Origin: Pseudomonadota bacterium
Lineage (GTDB): Archaea > Thermoplasmatota > SW-10-69-26 > JACQPN01 > JAJPHT01
Length of the DNA stretch: 62,286 bases
Assembly (NCBI GenBank): GCA_021325135.1
Contig: JAJPHT010000012.1
Location: 1 to 62,286 of the forward strand
Reading direction: 5' to 3'
The notes beneath the pieces are model-generated. The model was not told the origin of the DNA. It saw nothing but the letters and a program-made list of their open reading frames with translations, and did not search any database. Every line of letters starts with the position of its first letter. The stretch's first letter is position 1. Shown here piece by piece: positions 37,128-47,278 of the stretch. The translations under genes were made by a program, and so were the position numbers.

Positions 37128-38702
37128 ATGGCGGAGCGCGCCGGTCCCCGGAAGGACGTCTTCCAGGCGGCCCTGGAGAGGGGAGCCCACGGCATCGCCG
37201 TGCTCGACCTCGACGCGCGCTTCGTCGACGCGAACCCGGCGTACTGCAAGCTCGTGGGCCGGACGCTGGACGAGCTTCGCGGCATGAGATATCAGGACCT
37301 CCGCCGCCCCGCGGAGCGGGCCGAGACGGAGGAGAAGCTCCGCCGGCTCAAGAGCGGCGACCAGCCCGCCGTCCACGTCGAGCGCGACTACGTGCGCCCC
37401 GACGGCGGCGTCGTCTGGGCCGACGTCACGATCTACCTCGCGCACGGCGACCCCGGCGAGCCCGACCGCATCGTGGTCCTCGCGCTGGACGTCACGGACC
37501 GCAGGCGCGCGCAGGAGGAGATCGACCGCCTGCGCCGCCAGAACGACCTCATCCTCAACGCGGTCACGGAGGGCGTCCTGGGCGTCGACGCCGCGGGCCG
37601 CATCACGTTCGTCAACGAGGCCGGCGCGCGCCTCCTGGGCTACAAGGCCTCCGAGATGGTGGGCAAGGAGCGGCACGCGCTCCTGCACCACTCCCGCGCG
37701 GAGGGCGTGCCCTACCCCGACTCGCGCTGCCCCATCAGCGCCACGCTCGCGGACGGCAGCGTGCACCACGCCAGCGGCGAGGTCTTCTGGCGCAAGGACG
37801 GCCGCCCGGTCCCCGTGGACTACACCAGCGCGCCCATCCGCGAGGAGGGCCGCCTCGTGGGCGCCGCCATCATCTTCGCCGACGTGAGCGAGCGCGCGCA
37901 CGCCGAGGCCATCGCGAAACGCGCCAACCAGCGCATCCTGGAGATCTACGAGCGCATCCCCGAGGCGTTCTTTGTCCTCGACCGCGAGTTCCGGCTTCTT
38001 TACATGAACCCCATCGCGGAGCGCATGCGGCACACGCCCAAGGAGAGCGTGATGGGGAAGGTCCTCTGGGACGCGTTCCCCGACCTCAAGGGGACGAAGT
38101 TCGACACCGAGTACCACCGCGCCATGAAGGACATGACGCCCGTCACGGTGGAGGAGCACTACCCGCGCATGGGCATGTGGTTCGAGGCCACCGCGTACCC
38201 CACCGAGGAGGGGCTCTCCATCTTCTTCCGCGACATCACGCTGCGCAAGCGGCTGGAGGAGGAGTCCAAGGCCGCGTCCATCTCGCGCCCCCTCGTGCGC
38301 AAGATCGTGCAGGACCTCGTGGAGACCGGCGGCGTCGCGCACCAGATCCTCCAGCAGGTGGGGCGCAAGCTCGCCGCCGAGAACCCCGCGGAGAGCGTCG
38401 CGGCGTACCTCAAGTCGTACACCGACATGGGCCTGGGCAAGGTGGAGATCGAGAAGGAGGAGGGCCAGCGCTACGCCTTCTCCGGCACCGACCTCCTGGA
38501 GAAGCGCCCCGGCAGCCGCGTCGCGACGTGCTCGTTCACGCTGGGCTACCTCAGCGAGGCCGTGAGCCGCCAGAACGGGAGCGAGCCCACGCTGGGCACG
38601 GAGATCGAATGCCAGTCGCGCGGCGCCCCGCACTGCCGCTTCATCGTCCAGGTCAAGAAGCCCGAGGAGGGCCTGGCCCGCCGCGTGAAGGAGCTGGTCT
38701 GA
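37128..38702 (+). CDS. PAS-PAS-PAS-V4R sensor protein
   Basis: Three PAS/PAC units; C-terminal C..GYL..EIECQSRGAPHCRF. Confidence 0.9.
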   Translation: MAERAGPRKDVFQAALERGAHGIAVLDLDARFVDANPAYCKLVGRTLDELRGMRYQDLRRPAERAETEEKLRRLKSGDQPAVHVERDYVRPDGGVVWADVTIYLAHGDPGEPDRIVVLALDVTDRRRAQEEIDRLRRQNDLILNAVTEGVLGVDAAGRITFVNEAGARLLGYKASEMVGKERHALLHHSRAEGVPYPDSRCPISATLADGSVHHASGEVFWRKDGRPVPVDYTSAPIREEGRLVGAAIIFADVSERAHAEAIAKRANQRILEIYERIPEAFFVLDREFRLLYMNPIAERMRHTPKESVMGKVLWDAFPDLKGTKFDTEYHRAMKDMTPVTVEEHYPRMGMWFEATAYPTEEGLSIFFRDITLRKRLEEESKAASISRPLVRKIVQDLVETGGVAHQILQQVGRKLAAENPAESVAAYLKSYTDMGLGKVEIEKEEGQRYAFSGTDLLEKRPGSRVATCSFTLGYLSEAVSRQNGSEPTLGTEIECQSRGAPHCRFIVQVKKPEEGLARRVKELV

Positions 38703-38703
38703 G

Positions 38704-39474
38704 ATGGCGGTCGACGCGCTCTCGGGGATCAAGCTCGCCCTCTCGGCGGCCAGCGCGGGCGTGTACGCCTACGTCGGCGTCCGCCTCTGGAGCCGCCGCG
38801 TCGAGGGGCCCGGCCGGCTGGCGGCCAAGCTCTTCGCCGCGTGGTGGGTCCTCCTGGGCGCCGTGAGCGCCCTCACCGTGGGGCTCGGCCTCTTCGCCGC
38901 CGCGGGCGTCGCGGACCTCGCGCTCTACCTCACCCTCATCGAGATCGAGTTCCTCATCCTCTGCGTCGCGCTCTGGGCGCTCCTCTACTACCTCGTGTAC
39001 GTGCTTACCGGCAGCCGCCGTGCCGTGGCGCCCCTCGCGGCGTTCTACGCCCTCTTCTACGTCTGGATCCTCTACCTCATCACGTCGGCCCACCCGCAGG
39101 GCGTGAAGATCGTGGGCCTGAGCTATCAGCTCGACCCGCAGCCCGACGCGTCGCCCGTCGTCACCACCGCCCTCCTCGCGCTCCTCCTGGGGCCCGTCCT
39201 CCTGGGCGCCCTGGGCTACTTCCGCCTCTACTTCCGCGTGGAGGGCCGCACGCAGCGCTACCGCATCGGCCTCATCGCGATCACCCTCTTCGCCTGGTTC
39301 GGCTCCTCGGGGGCCGCCGCCGTCGCGGGGTTCAACGACGAGGCGTGGTGGGGCGTCGTCAACAGCCTCCTGGGCCTCGCCGCCGCCGTCTCCATCTTCT
39401 TCGCCTACCAGCCCCCCGCCTACGTCCGGCGCCGCTGGGGCATCGCGGCGGTGGGCGAGGAGACGCGGGCGTAG
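38704..39474 (+). CDS. Seven-TM membrane protein (putative sensor)
   Basis: About 7 hydrophobic helices; FAYQPP..RR tail. Confidence 0.8.
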   Translation: MAVDALSGIKLALSAASAGVYAYVGVRLWSRRVEGPGRLAAKLFAAWWVLLGAVSALTVGLGLFAAAGVADLALYLTLIEIEFLILCVALWALLYYLVYVLTGSRRAVAPLAAFYALFYVWILYLITSAHPQGVKIVGLSYQLDPQPDASPVVTTALLALLLGPVLLGALGYFRLYFRVEGRTQRYRIGLIAITLFAWFGSSGAAAVAGFNDEAWWGVVNSLLGLAAAVSIFFAYQPPAYVRRRWGIAAVGEETRA

Positions 39475-39531
39475 GGCCCCAGGCGCTCGTGCGAGAACCC
39501 ATAAGCCGGGCGCGGGCCCCTGGCGCCGCCC

Positions 39532-40656
39532 GTGCGCTACGACGTCGTCATCGTGGGCGGGGGGCCGGCGGGCATCCACGCCGCGCTCAAGGCGGCTGTC
39601 CTCCAGCACACGGCGCTCCTCGTGGACAAGGGCGCGGAGTTCTCCCGCGTCTCCCAGGCGCAGGCCATCGCGAACGTGCCCTTCGCGCCGGGCGTCTCGG
39701 GGCCCGATCTGCTGCGCGCGGGCCGGCGCGACCTGGACGAGTTCACGCGCCTGAGCGGCCGCAGGCTCGTGGACGTGGCGGAGCGCACGGAGGCCGTGGA
39801 CGCGGTCCGCGACGAGGAGGGGTTCCGCGTGCGCCTGCGCGACGCCTCGGGCGCGGAGCGCGACGCGCACGGACGCGCGCTGGTGCTCGCGACGGGCGTC
39901 GTGGACCGCAAGCCGGGCATCGACCGCTTCCACGAGGCGGGCCACCGCGTGCTCGCCCCCTACGTGCGCGGCGGCCAGGTGGGCTACTGCGTCCTCTGCG
40001 AGGGCTGGCGCCTGGAGGGGAAGCGCGTCGCGGTGGTGGGCCGGGGCGATGAGACGCGCGAGATCGCGCACGACCTCGCGAGCCACTTCGGCGCGGCCGT
40101 GACGCGCCTGGCGCCGGAGGAGGTCGCCGCGCTGCGGGACGAGCAGGGCGTCCTCGTCGTCGAACTGCGCGACGGGAGCGAGGAGAGGTTCGACCACGCG
40201 CTCTTCCACGCGGGCTGGTACCAGGTGAACAACGCGCTCGCCGTGGGGCTCGGCGCGGCGGTGGACCCCGAAGGGTTCGTGCGCACCAGCGCAGACTGCG
40301 AGGCCCTGGACGCCTCGGGGCGCGTGCTGCCGGGCCTCTTCGCCATCGGCGACGTGCGCGACGGCTCGTGGAAGCAGGTGCCCCTTGCCTGGGCGGACGC
40401 GGAGCGGGCGATCATCAAGGCCTACGCCGCCCGCCTGCCCGACCCGCATCCACGTTCCCGCCACAACGCGGATCGCGCCCGGACGCCTCACCCTTTCCTC
40501 ATGCCGGACGCCGACGAAGAGCCCCCGCGCCGCCACGGCGGGCCGCCCGAAGGGGGATCGAGCACCCTCGCGCAGCGCGACGCCAGCGGCGAGGTCGAGG
40601 AGAAGGACCTCAAGCCCGGCGAGCGCCGGCGCGGCGGCGAGCGCCTCCAGAGGTAG
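39532..40656 (+). CDS. Thioredoxin-reductase-like FAD/NAD(P) oxidoreductase
   Basis: GGGPAG, LATG, CVLCEG, GLFAIGD. Confidence 0.88.
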   Translation: MRYDVVIVGGGPAGIHAALKAAVLQHTALLVDKGAEFSRVSQAQAIANVPFAPGVSGPDLLRAGRRDLDEFTRLSGRRLVDVAERTEAVDAVRDEEGFRVRLRDASGAERDAHGRALVLATGVVDRKPGIDRFHEAGHRVLAPYVRGGQVGYCVLCEGWRLEGKRVAVVGRGDETREIAHDLASHFGAAVTRLAPEEVAALRDEQGVLVVELRDGSEERFDHALFHAGWYQVNNALAVGLGAAVDPEGFVRTSADCEALDASGRVLPGLFAIGDVRDGSWKQVPLAWADAERAIIKAYAARLPDPHPRSRHNADRARTPHPFLMPDADEEPPRRHGGPPEGGSSTLAQRDASGEVEEKDLKPGERRRGGERLQR

Positions 40657-40721
40657 CCTCGCGGGAGTAGTTCCGGTGGGCCCCGCGGAATGCCCACGCT
40701 CACGCCAGCGGAAGCGCTCCC

Positions 40722-40949
40722 ATGCCCAACGCCCTCGTGACGGCCGACCAGAAGACGTGGGAGGAGTATCGCCTCTACCAGCGCGACCTGCTGCAGCAGT
40801 GCTTCGAGGACGCGCACCTGATCCTGAAGCGCATGCACTCGCTCCACCCCGAGGAGGAGCTTCGCCTCGTGGTCCAGCTCCTCTTCGAGAAGCGCTGCCA
40901 GCCGTGGAAGTTCTACCGCGACGAGGCCCGCGCGCTCGTGCGACGCTGA
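40722..40949 (+). CDS. Small hypothetical protein
   Basis: Host-like codon usage; protein-like composition. Confidence 0.65.
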   Translation: MPNALVTADQKTWEEYRLYQRDLLQQCFEDAHLILKRMHSLHPEEELRLVVQLLFEKRCQPWKFYRDEARALVRR

Positions 40950-41422
40950 GCCTCCGCCATCGCCGCCAGCGCGGGGTCCACCCGCGGCGCGATCTCGGCC
41001 ACCGTGCGCTTCGCCTCCTCGTCCCCCTCCAAGGCCTTCGCGCGCAGCGCCTGGAACGCCTCCGAGAGGCGCGTGAGGTCGTCGTCCTCCATGTCCTCCA
41101 CGTCGATGAGCCGGTTGCTCGCGCCCTCGACGGCCGCGATGAGCTCGTCGAGCTTCAGGTGCAGCGCCTTCGTGTCGCGGTTCTGCGAGTGCTGGATGAG
41201 GAACACCATGAGGAACGTCACGATGGTCGTGCCCGTGTTGATGACGAGCTGCCACGTGTCGCTGAAGCGGAAGATCGGCCCCGTGAGCGCCCAGACGACG
41301 ATCACGAGAAGCGCCCCGAGGAAGGCCCACACGCTGCCCGAGGCCTCCACGGTCCAGCGCGCGGTCTTGCCCCACCAGGCGCGGAAGCCGCGCGCACGGC
41401 GGGGGGCATTGGGCTCGGTCAT
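40913..41422 (-). CDS. Low-affinity iron permease (Fet4-like) family protein
   Basis: FSDTWQLVINTGTTIVTFLMVFLIQHSQNRD..LKLDELI. Confidence 0.92.
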   Translation of the reverse strand: MTEPNAPRRARGFRAWWGKTARWTVEASGSVWAFLGALLVIVVWALTGPIFRFSDTWQLVINTGTTIVTFLMVFLIQHSQNRDTKALHLKLDELIAAVEGASNRLIDVEDMEDDDLTRLSEAFQALRAKALEGDEEAKRTVAEIAPRVDPALAAMAEAQRRTSARASSR

Positions 41423-41505
41423 CGCGCCGACGAGAGCGCCTGCGGCCAGGGGCATGCTCCGCGAGCAGGAAGACGGCGCGCCTATGCGTTCTCGCCGCTT
41501 TGTCG

Positions 41506-41985
41506 CTACCGCAGCCCGCGACCCTTCAGGGACGCCGCGTAGCCGCGCACGAACTCCGCCTGGCCGTTCCACGTCATGACGTCCCGCGCGGGGGGCACCT
41601 TGGACCAGTAGAACGAGAGCGCCCGCTCCGCGCTCCAGCCCCGCTTCGCCACGAGGGCGCACGCGATGGCGCTCCCCGTGCGCCCCCATCCCGCCTTGCA
41701 GTGGACCAGCGCAGAGACGTCGTCGGGCAGCGCGAGGTAGTCCGCGAGGAAGGCGTCCATCTGCGCGGGCGAGGGCGGCGCGTCGTCCGTCCAGAAGTGC
41801 GGCCGCCAGTCGAACGTGGAGGCGCGCTGCGCGGGGATCGCCTCCTCCATGCTGTAGATGACGCGGATGCCCGCGTCGCGCAGCGCCCGGAAGTGCTGCT
41901 CCTTGTACGGCAGCGGCGAGCGGTGGAGGTTCCCCTCGATGGGCGTGAGGCCACCAAGCTCGTCGAACCAGGCGTCCAGGGGCAC
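41506..41985 (-). CDS. Dual-specificity/tyrosine protein phosphatase
   Basis: VHCKAGWGRTG (CX5R). Confidence 0.9.
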   Translation of the reverse strand: MPLDAWFDELGGLTPIEGNLHRSPLPYKEQHFRALRDAGIRVIYSMEEAIPAQRASTFDWRPHFWTDDAPPSPAQMDAFLADYLALPDDVSALVHCKAGWGRTGSAIACALVAKRGWSAERALSFYWSKVPPARDVMTWNGQAEFVRGYAASLKGRGLR

Positions 41986-42038
41986 GCTTCCGCGATCGGC
42001 TTGGCTCTGACTTCAGGCTTTGCTCGGTGTCTGTCTCT

Positions 42039-42154
42039 CTGGTCAAGGGTCCAAAGAACGCGACGAGCGCGAAGAGCGCAAAGGACGCGATGAAAGGAGA
42101 CTTTGCGACCTTGGCGCTCTTTGCGCTCGTCGCGTTCTTTGGACCCTTGACCAG
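42039..42154. repeat. REP-like long palindrome
   Basis: CTGGTCAAGGGTCCAAAGAACGCGACGAGCGC..GCGCTCGTCGCGTTCTTTGGACCCTTGACCAG. Confidence 0.88.
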
Positions 42155-42176
42155 GGGATGGACTGCCTTGGTTCGG

Positions 42177-43013
42177 CTAAGGGGGAGCCCCAGGTTCGCG
42201 GTCCGCGCCCTGGACCACGCCCACGGCGACGTCCTTCAGGCCCACGCCCTTGCCGCGCCACTTCTTGTCCTTGATGCCCTGCTTCAATTCGCCGAAGGCG
42301 TCCTGGAGGCCTTCGCGGATGATCTGGTTGAGCTCGGGGCCGGTGAGGGCCGCGTGGACGGCGTCCACCATCTCCTCGCGCGTCTCGTCGACCCACTTCT
42401 CCACGACGCCGAAGCGCGTGATCGTCTGGAGCTTGGGCGAGGCCTCGATGGCACGGTCCACCGCCTTCTCGATGAGGTCGCGCCGCTCGTCGAGGCGCTT
42501 GCCGATGGCGGCGGCGTAGTCGCGGCTCGTGACCGCGTCCTCCAGCACGATGGCGAGGCGCATCAGCAGGGGGTCGGTCAGCTCCTCGATGAGCATGTAG
42601 CGGTAGCGCTCGAAGAGGCCGCGCAGCACGCGGGCCCCGAACGCGCGGTCCAGCGCCTCGCCCGTGCGCAGCACGATGATGATGACCTGCACCACGATGT
42701 AGAAGCGCGCCGGCACGAGGACGGGGATCGTGAGGGGCAGGACGCCGAAGGCGTAGATCCAGTAGCGGCGCAGCCACCGCAGCGGCGCCTCCACGATGAG
42801 GACCTTGAAGACGAACGCGCCGCCGTAGAGCGCGACGAGGGTGAGGTCGATGATCCTCAGGCCGCTCTCCTCGTCCGCGGGGAGCGCGTGCGTGCGGTCC
42901 AGCAGGAACACGAAGAGGCTCGTGAACGCGAGGACGAGGATCGCGACGTCGAGGAAGTAGAGGTTCTCGCGCAGCCGCAGGCGCGTCTCCGTGGGGGTGC
43001 CCCGGGGGGCCAT
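42177..43013 (-). CDS. Membrane protein with ion-transport S1-S4-like N-terminus and helical C-terminus
   Basis: Four TMs, WLRRYW; long amphipathic tail. Confidence 0.7.
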   Translation of the reverse strand: MAPRGTPTETRLRLRENLYFLDVAILVLAFTSLFVFLLDRTHALPADEESGLRIIDLTLVALYGGAFVFKVLIVEAPLRWLRRYWIYAFGVLPLTIPVLVPARFYIVVQVIIIVLRTGEALDRAFGARVLRGLFERYRYMLIEELTDPLLMRLAIVLEDAVTSRDYAAAIGKRLDERRDLIEKAVDRAIEASPKLQTITRFGVVEKWVDETREEMVDAVHAALTGPELNQIIREGLQDAFGELKQGIKDKKWRGKGVGLKDVAVGVVQGADREPGAPP

Positions 43014-43225
43014 GCGCCCCCATCGGCGGGCCCTGCGTTTCGGGCTTCCGATTCCGCTCCTGCCGCTCCCCGGGGCGATCTCCACGCCGTCGGGGGGACT
43101 CCGTCCCCCAAACCCCCTGGTTCGTGGCGCTCGCTGCGTCCAGAGGTGACAGACGGGCAATCTCCGGTGTGGAGACGCAAGACCTGTTTCCCAAGCCTTC
43201 AAGGGCCGAGGGGGGATGCTCGCCC

Positions 43226-44149
43226 GTGGAGCCCGCGAAGCCGGACGTGAAGCCCTACCTCGCGCTGGGCGCCGCGCTGCTCCTCCTGGGCGCGGCGCTC
43301 CTCGTCCCCGCCTCGCGGGCGTGGCTCGCGGACAACGTGGGCGCGCCGCTCCAGGGGCAGGCCGACCCGGAGAGCGGCGCGCGCGTGGGCTACAGCGCGG
43401 GCGGGCTCGCGTTCTGGGCGGCGCTGGGCGCGGCGTTCGCGTGGGCCGCCTACGACCTCCTCTTCCGGCGCCTGGGGCTGCGCCCCGACGCGGGCTTCTT
43501 CACCGTGCTGGCGCCCTTCCTCCTCTTCGGGCCGCTGCTGCACGCGCTCCTCGCGGTGGGCATCCTGCCCCACGCCACGCCCCTGGCGTACCTCGCGGCG
43601 GAGCCCGTCATCTACCTCACCACCGCGGCGCTGGCGCTGGTGGCGCTCCTCGTGGGGCGCGCGACGCGCCGCGAGCTTGCCCTGGTCCTGGGCGTCGCGC
43701 TGCTGCTGCCCCTGCTCGCGGCCGCCGCGCTGCACACCGCGGGCGGGAACGCCATCCGCGTGCTGGTCATCCTCGGCCTCGCCCTCGTGCCCGCCCTCGC
43801 GTTGGGCTGGGCCTACGCGCGCTGGCGCAAGGACGTGCCCTTCGTGGCCGCCGCGCTCGTCGTGGGCGCGCACGCGCTGGACGGCGGCACGACGTGGATG
43901 GTGCTGCGCGACCCCTTCGGCCTGGGCTTCCGCAGCTTCGGCGAGAAGAACCCCGTGAGCCAGATGCTCGTGGAGCTCTCGGACGGCTGGCCCTACTTCG
44001 TCGTGAAGCTCGCGCTGCCCCTCGTGCTCCTGGCCCTCGTGCGCCCCGAGGAGGACGAGAAGGACGTGCATGCCTTCCTCCTCCTGGCGGTCTTCGTCCT
44101 GGGATGGGGCCCGGGCATGGCGAACCTCCTCCAGGTGCTCCTGGCGTAG
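43226..44149 (+). CDS. DUF63-family archaeal membrane protein
   Basis: AHALDGGTT..GEKNP..GPG. Confidence 0.8.
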   Translation: MEPAKPDVKPYLALGAALLLLGAALLVPASRAWLADNVGAPLQGQADPESGARVGYSAGGLAFWAALGAAFAWAAYDLLFRRLGLRPDAGFFTVLAPFLLFGPLLHALLAVGILPHATPLAYLAAEPVIYLTTAALALVALLVGRATRRELALVLGVALLLPLLAAAALHTAGGNAIRVLVILGLALVPALALGWAYARWRKDVPFVAAALVVGAHALDGGTTWMVLRDPFGLGFRSFGEKNPVSQMLVELSDGWPYFVVKLALPLVLLALVRPEEDEKDVHAFLLLAVFVLGWGPGMANLLQVLLA

Positions 44150-44151
44150 TG

Positions 44152-44397
44152 CTATCGCCGCGTCGATTCGGTCGTCGCTTCCGCGTATCGGGCCAAATCA
44201 GGAGGGGGCGAGGCCGTCCGCTCCGATCTGAGGGCGGCGATTAGCGCGTGAAGCAGCCAGACTGCGAGCGCCAGGAGTGCGGTGGCCGCGACCACCGTGA
44301 CCCACCGGCCAGGACCTTCGGGCCCAAGAAGGAGCAGGGCAAGGCTCGCGCTGATGAGGAACACGTCCAGCCCGACGAGCCGCTCTGCGAGCCCCAT
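44152..44397 (-). CDS. Small two-TM protein
   Basis: MGLAERLVGLDVFLISASLALLLLG.. Confidence 0.5.
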   Translation of the reverse strand: MGLAERLVGLDVFLISASLALLLLGPEGPGRWVTVVAATALLALAVWLLHALIAALRSERTASPPPDLARYAEATTESTRR

Positions 44398-44405
44398 GCT
44401 TCCCC

Positions 44406-45038
44406 TCACGCGGGCGTGCCGCGCTCCACGTCCACGACGGCTTTTGTCTCGGAGATGGGCGTCCAGAGCATGCGCTCGCCCCCTTTGAGGCGCATGACGC
44501 GCAGCACGTCGTCCGGAAGATAGAGGCCCAAGCGTGTGCCGCTGAGCTTGGAGAGCTTGATCGCATAGTTCGCCCGCATCGGTGACTCCAGCGTCCGACG
44601 CGCCAAGGCTTCGCTCGCCGCGTCGAGGCGCTGGGCTCCGCACGCGACGCAACGGTGCCCCCGCAAATTCGCGACGACGACGCGCTCTCCCGGCGTCGCT
44701 CGTTCCTCTACGAGGTCGGTCCGCGCCTCCCAGGCTGTGGCGCCGCACTCGCAGCGGTTGGTGGGGAGAATGTGGCCAAGCTCGACACCGAGGTTCATGC
44801 TGCCGTGGATGAGCGCGTTACGAACGGCGCCAATCTCCGCGAGGAGGCTGGCATCAGCCCCGTGGAAGGAGATTCCATTTCCCAGCCGTATGGCCGAATC
44901 GGCGGCGCTTACTTGCCGCCAGGTGTTCGCTGCATCCTCGATGGTGACCTCTGCGTTCGTTGCATTCTCCCATTCATTCTGAAGCGGGCGGATGCGGCCG
45001 CGGGAGAACTTGGGCATGAGACGTACCTTGTACGTCAT
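44406..45038 (-). CDS. YgiT/MqsA-type Zn finger + AbrB-like protein with N-terminal extension
   Basis: CECG..CVACG; C-terminal KLSGTRLGLYLPDDVLRVMRLKGGE; RNALIH in the extension. Confidence 0.7.
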   Translation of the reverse strand: MTYKVRLMPKFSRGRIRPLQNEWENATNAEVTIEDAANTWRQVSAADSAIRLGNGISFHGADASLLAEIGAVRNALIHGSMNLGVELGHILPTNRCECGATAWEARTDLVEERATPGERVVVANLRGHRCVACGAQRLDAASEALARRTLESPMRANYAIKLSKLSGTRLGLYLPDDVLRVMRLKGGERMLWTPISETKAVVDVERGTPA

Positions 45039-45115
45039 AAAAACGTCTGATCTATTTGAGCCTTCTGGAACCGAGGGCTCCTAAGTGGGGGCGGCGCTGG
45101 AGCCTCGGATTGCCG

Positions 45116-45694
45116 ATGCTACCCGAGATCGTGCTGGCCAGCGCGAGCCCCCGGCGCGCGAAGCTCCTCGGGGAGGCGGGATATCGTTTCCGCGTCTGGG
45201 CGACGCACGCCGACGAGTCGGTGGAGGAGGGCACGGCCCCCGCGCTCGCGGCGGTGGAGCTTGCCGTGCGCAAGGCGATGGCCGTCCCCGAGGCGCGAAG
45301 CTGGGTGCTGGCGGCCGACACCGTGATCGACCTCGACGGCGCGATCCTGGGCAAGCCCCGCGACCGCGCCGACGCGCGGCGCATCCTGGGATTGCTATCA
45401 GGGCGCGAGCACTGGGTGGCCACCGGCGTCGCGCTGCGCGCCCCCGGCGAAGGCGTGCTCACGGGGCTCGCGCAGACCAAGGTGGCGTTCCGCGCGCTCT
45501 CGCCCCGGGAGATCGAGGACTACGTCGCCACGGGCGAGCCCCTGGACAAGGCGGGCGCCTACGCCATCCAGGGGGGCGCGGCGCGCTTCGTGGCGCGCGT
45601 GGACGGGCCCCTGGACAACGTCATCGGGCTGCCCATGGACGTCGTGCGCCGCCTGCTCGTCGAGGCCGGTTGGCCGGGTCGGGCGCGTGGATGA
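45116..45694 (+). CDS. maf: Maf family nucleoside triphosphate pyrophosphatase
   Basis: LASASPRR, AADT, GKP, DKAGAYAIQG, NVIGLP. Confidence 0.95.
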   Translation: MLPEIVLASASPRRAKLLGEAGYRFRVWATHADESVEEGTAPALAAVELAVRKAMAVPEARSWVLAADTVIDLDGAILGKPRDRADARRILGLLSGREHWVATGVALRAPGEGVLTGLAQTKVAFRALSPREIEDYVATGEPLDKAGAYAIQGGAARFVARVDGPLDNVIGLPMDVVRRLLVEAGWPGRARG

Positions 45695-45711
45695 GGGCCG
45701 CGACCTGCGGG

Positions 45712-46143
45712 TCACGGCTTATCCACACGCTGCGGCGCGTGGATGAGGCCGTTCTTCGCGCGGTAGCGCCGCACTCCGCTGGCGAGGAAGAGGGTGCCGC
45801 CCGCGCTGGCCGCGCCCGCGACGAGGGGCGGCACGAGGAGCACGACCCACACCTCGGATGTCGAGGGGAGGTCGCCCTGCGCCAGGAGGACCGCGATAGG
45901 GGTCGCGAAGAAGGCGAAGACGGAGAGGAACCCGCCCAGGCCGCCCACCAGGGTCGAGTAGTCCTTCCCGCGGCGGTAGAGCTGCACGGCGAGGCCGCTG
46001 GCGAGGAAGATCGCGCCGAAGAGCGTGGCCGAGAACGCGGCGGGCGTGAAGCCCCCCGTGAGCACCACGGCGGCGCCGGCCGAGGCGCCCAGGACCGTGA
46101 GCCCCGCGACGCTGCCGAGGGCCCAGAGGGTCGACTCGTCCAT
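45712..46143 (-). CDS. Four-TM membrane protein
   Basis: Hydrophobic helices; host codon usage. Confidence 0.7.
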   Translation of the reverse strand: MDESTLWALGSVAGLTVLGASAGAAVVLTGGFTPAAFSATLFGAIFLASGLAVQLYRRGKDYSTLVGGLGGFLSVFAFFATPIAVLLAQGDLPSTSEVWVVLLVPPLVAGAASAGGTLFLASGVRRYRAKNGLIHAPQRVDKP

Positions 46144-46239
46144 GGGGGAGGGGTCTCCGGCGCTTCCTACTAGAAGGTGGCGGAAAGGCCGGACGTGGCG
46201 CCGCCAGGTTCAAGGCCCCCGGCGCGTGAGGCCCCTCCC

Positions 46240-47253
46240 ATGGCGGACGACCTCCTGAGGCCCCTCACGCTGGGCAACGTCCGCCTGCCCAACAATCTCG
46301 TCCTCTCCCCCATGGCGGGCTTCTCGGACCTGCCCTTCCGCGTCCTCTGCCGCCAGCACGGCGCAGGGCTCGTGTGCAGCGAGATGGTGAGCGCCACCAG
46401 CGTGCTGCGCGAGGTGCCGCACACGCTCCAGCGCATGAAGACGCTGGAGGCCGAGACGCCCATGAGCATCCAGCTCTTCGGGACGGACTTCGACGCCGTG
46501 CGCCAGGCCGCGGCCGACCTGGACAAGCGCTGCGCCATCGTGGGGTTCAACATGGGCTGCCCCGCGCACCAGATCCAGCGCCAGGGGTGCGGCGCCGCCA
46601 TGCTGGACACGCCCGAGCTTGCGCTGCGGATGGTGGAGGCCGTGCAGGAGGGCACCGACAAGCCGCTCCTCGTGAAGATCCGCCTGGGCAACCGCGAGCG
46701 GCGCGACAGCGTGGCGTTCGTGCGCGCGCTGGAGGCGGCCGGCGCCGCGGGCGTCATCGTCCATGGCCGCACCGCCGCCATGGGCTACTCGGGGCGCAGC
46801 GACTGGGAGGAGATCGCCCGCATCAAGGCCGCCGTGGGCATCCCGGTCATCGGCAACGGCGACGTCGTGGACGGCCCCTCCGCGGAGCGCGCGCTGCGCA
46901 CGGGCGTCGACGGCCTTGCCCTGGGCCGCGCCACCCTGGGCAACCCCCGCGTCTTCCGCGAGATCGCCCACTTCCTCGCCACCGGCGAGAGGCTGCCCCC
47001 CGCCAGCGCGCAGGAGCGGCTGGAGGACTTCGAGGCCTACGTCGCCATGGCGGCGGCCGTGGGCGTCGACGCCGTGCAGGTCCGGGAACAGGCCCAGCAG
47101 TTCACCCGCGGGCTGCGCGGCGGGGCCGACCTCCGGCGCGGGTTCACCGGGAACGTCCCCCTGGGGGAGATCCTTGCTCGATTCCGGGCGTTCGCGACCG
47201 GTCCGCGAAACGACCCCCTCCCGTCGGAGAACATCGTCACGGCAAGGCTTTAG
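46240..47253 (+). CDS. dus: tRNA-dihydrouridine synthase
   Basis: LSPMAG, QLFG, NMGCP, VHGRT, IGNGDV. Confidence 0.95.
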   Translation: MADDLLRPLTLGNVRLPNNLVLSPMAGFSDLPFRVLCRQHGAGLVCSEMVSATSVLREVPHTLQRMKTLEAETPMSIQLFGTDFDAVRQAAADLDKRCAIVGFNMGCPAHQIQRQGCGAAMLDTPELALRMVEAVQEGTDKPLLVKIRLGNRERRDSVAFVRALEAAGAAGVIVHGRTAAMGYSGRSDWEEIARIKAAVGIPVIGNGDVVDGPSAERALRTGVDGLALGRATLGNPRVFREIAHFLATGERLPPASAQERLEDFEAYVAMAAAVGVDAVQVREQAQQFTRGLRGGADLRRGFTGNVPLGEILARFRAFATGPRNDPLPSENIVTARL

Positions 47254-47278
47254 TAGGGCGAGGGGGTCGCGAACGTCC

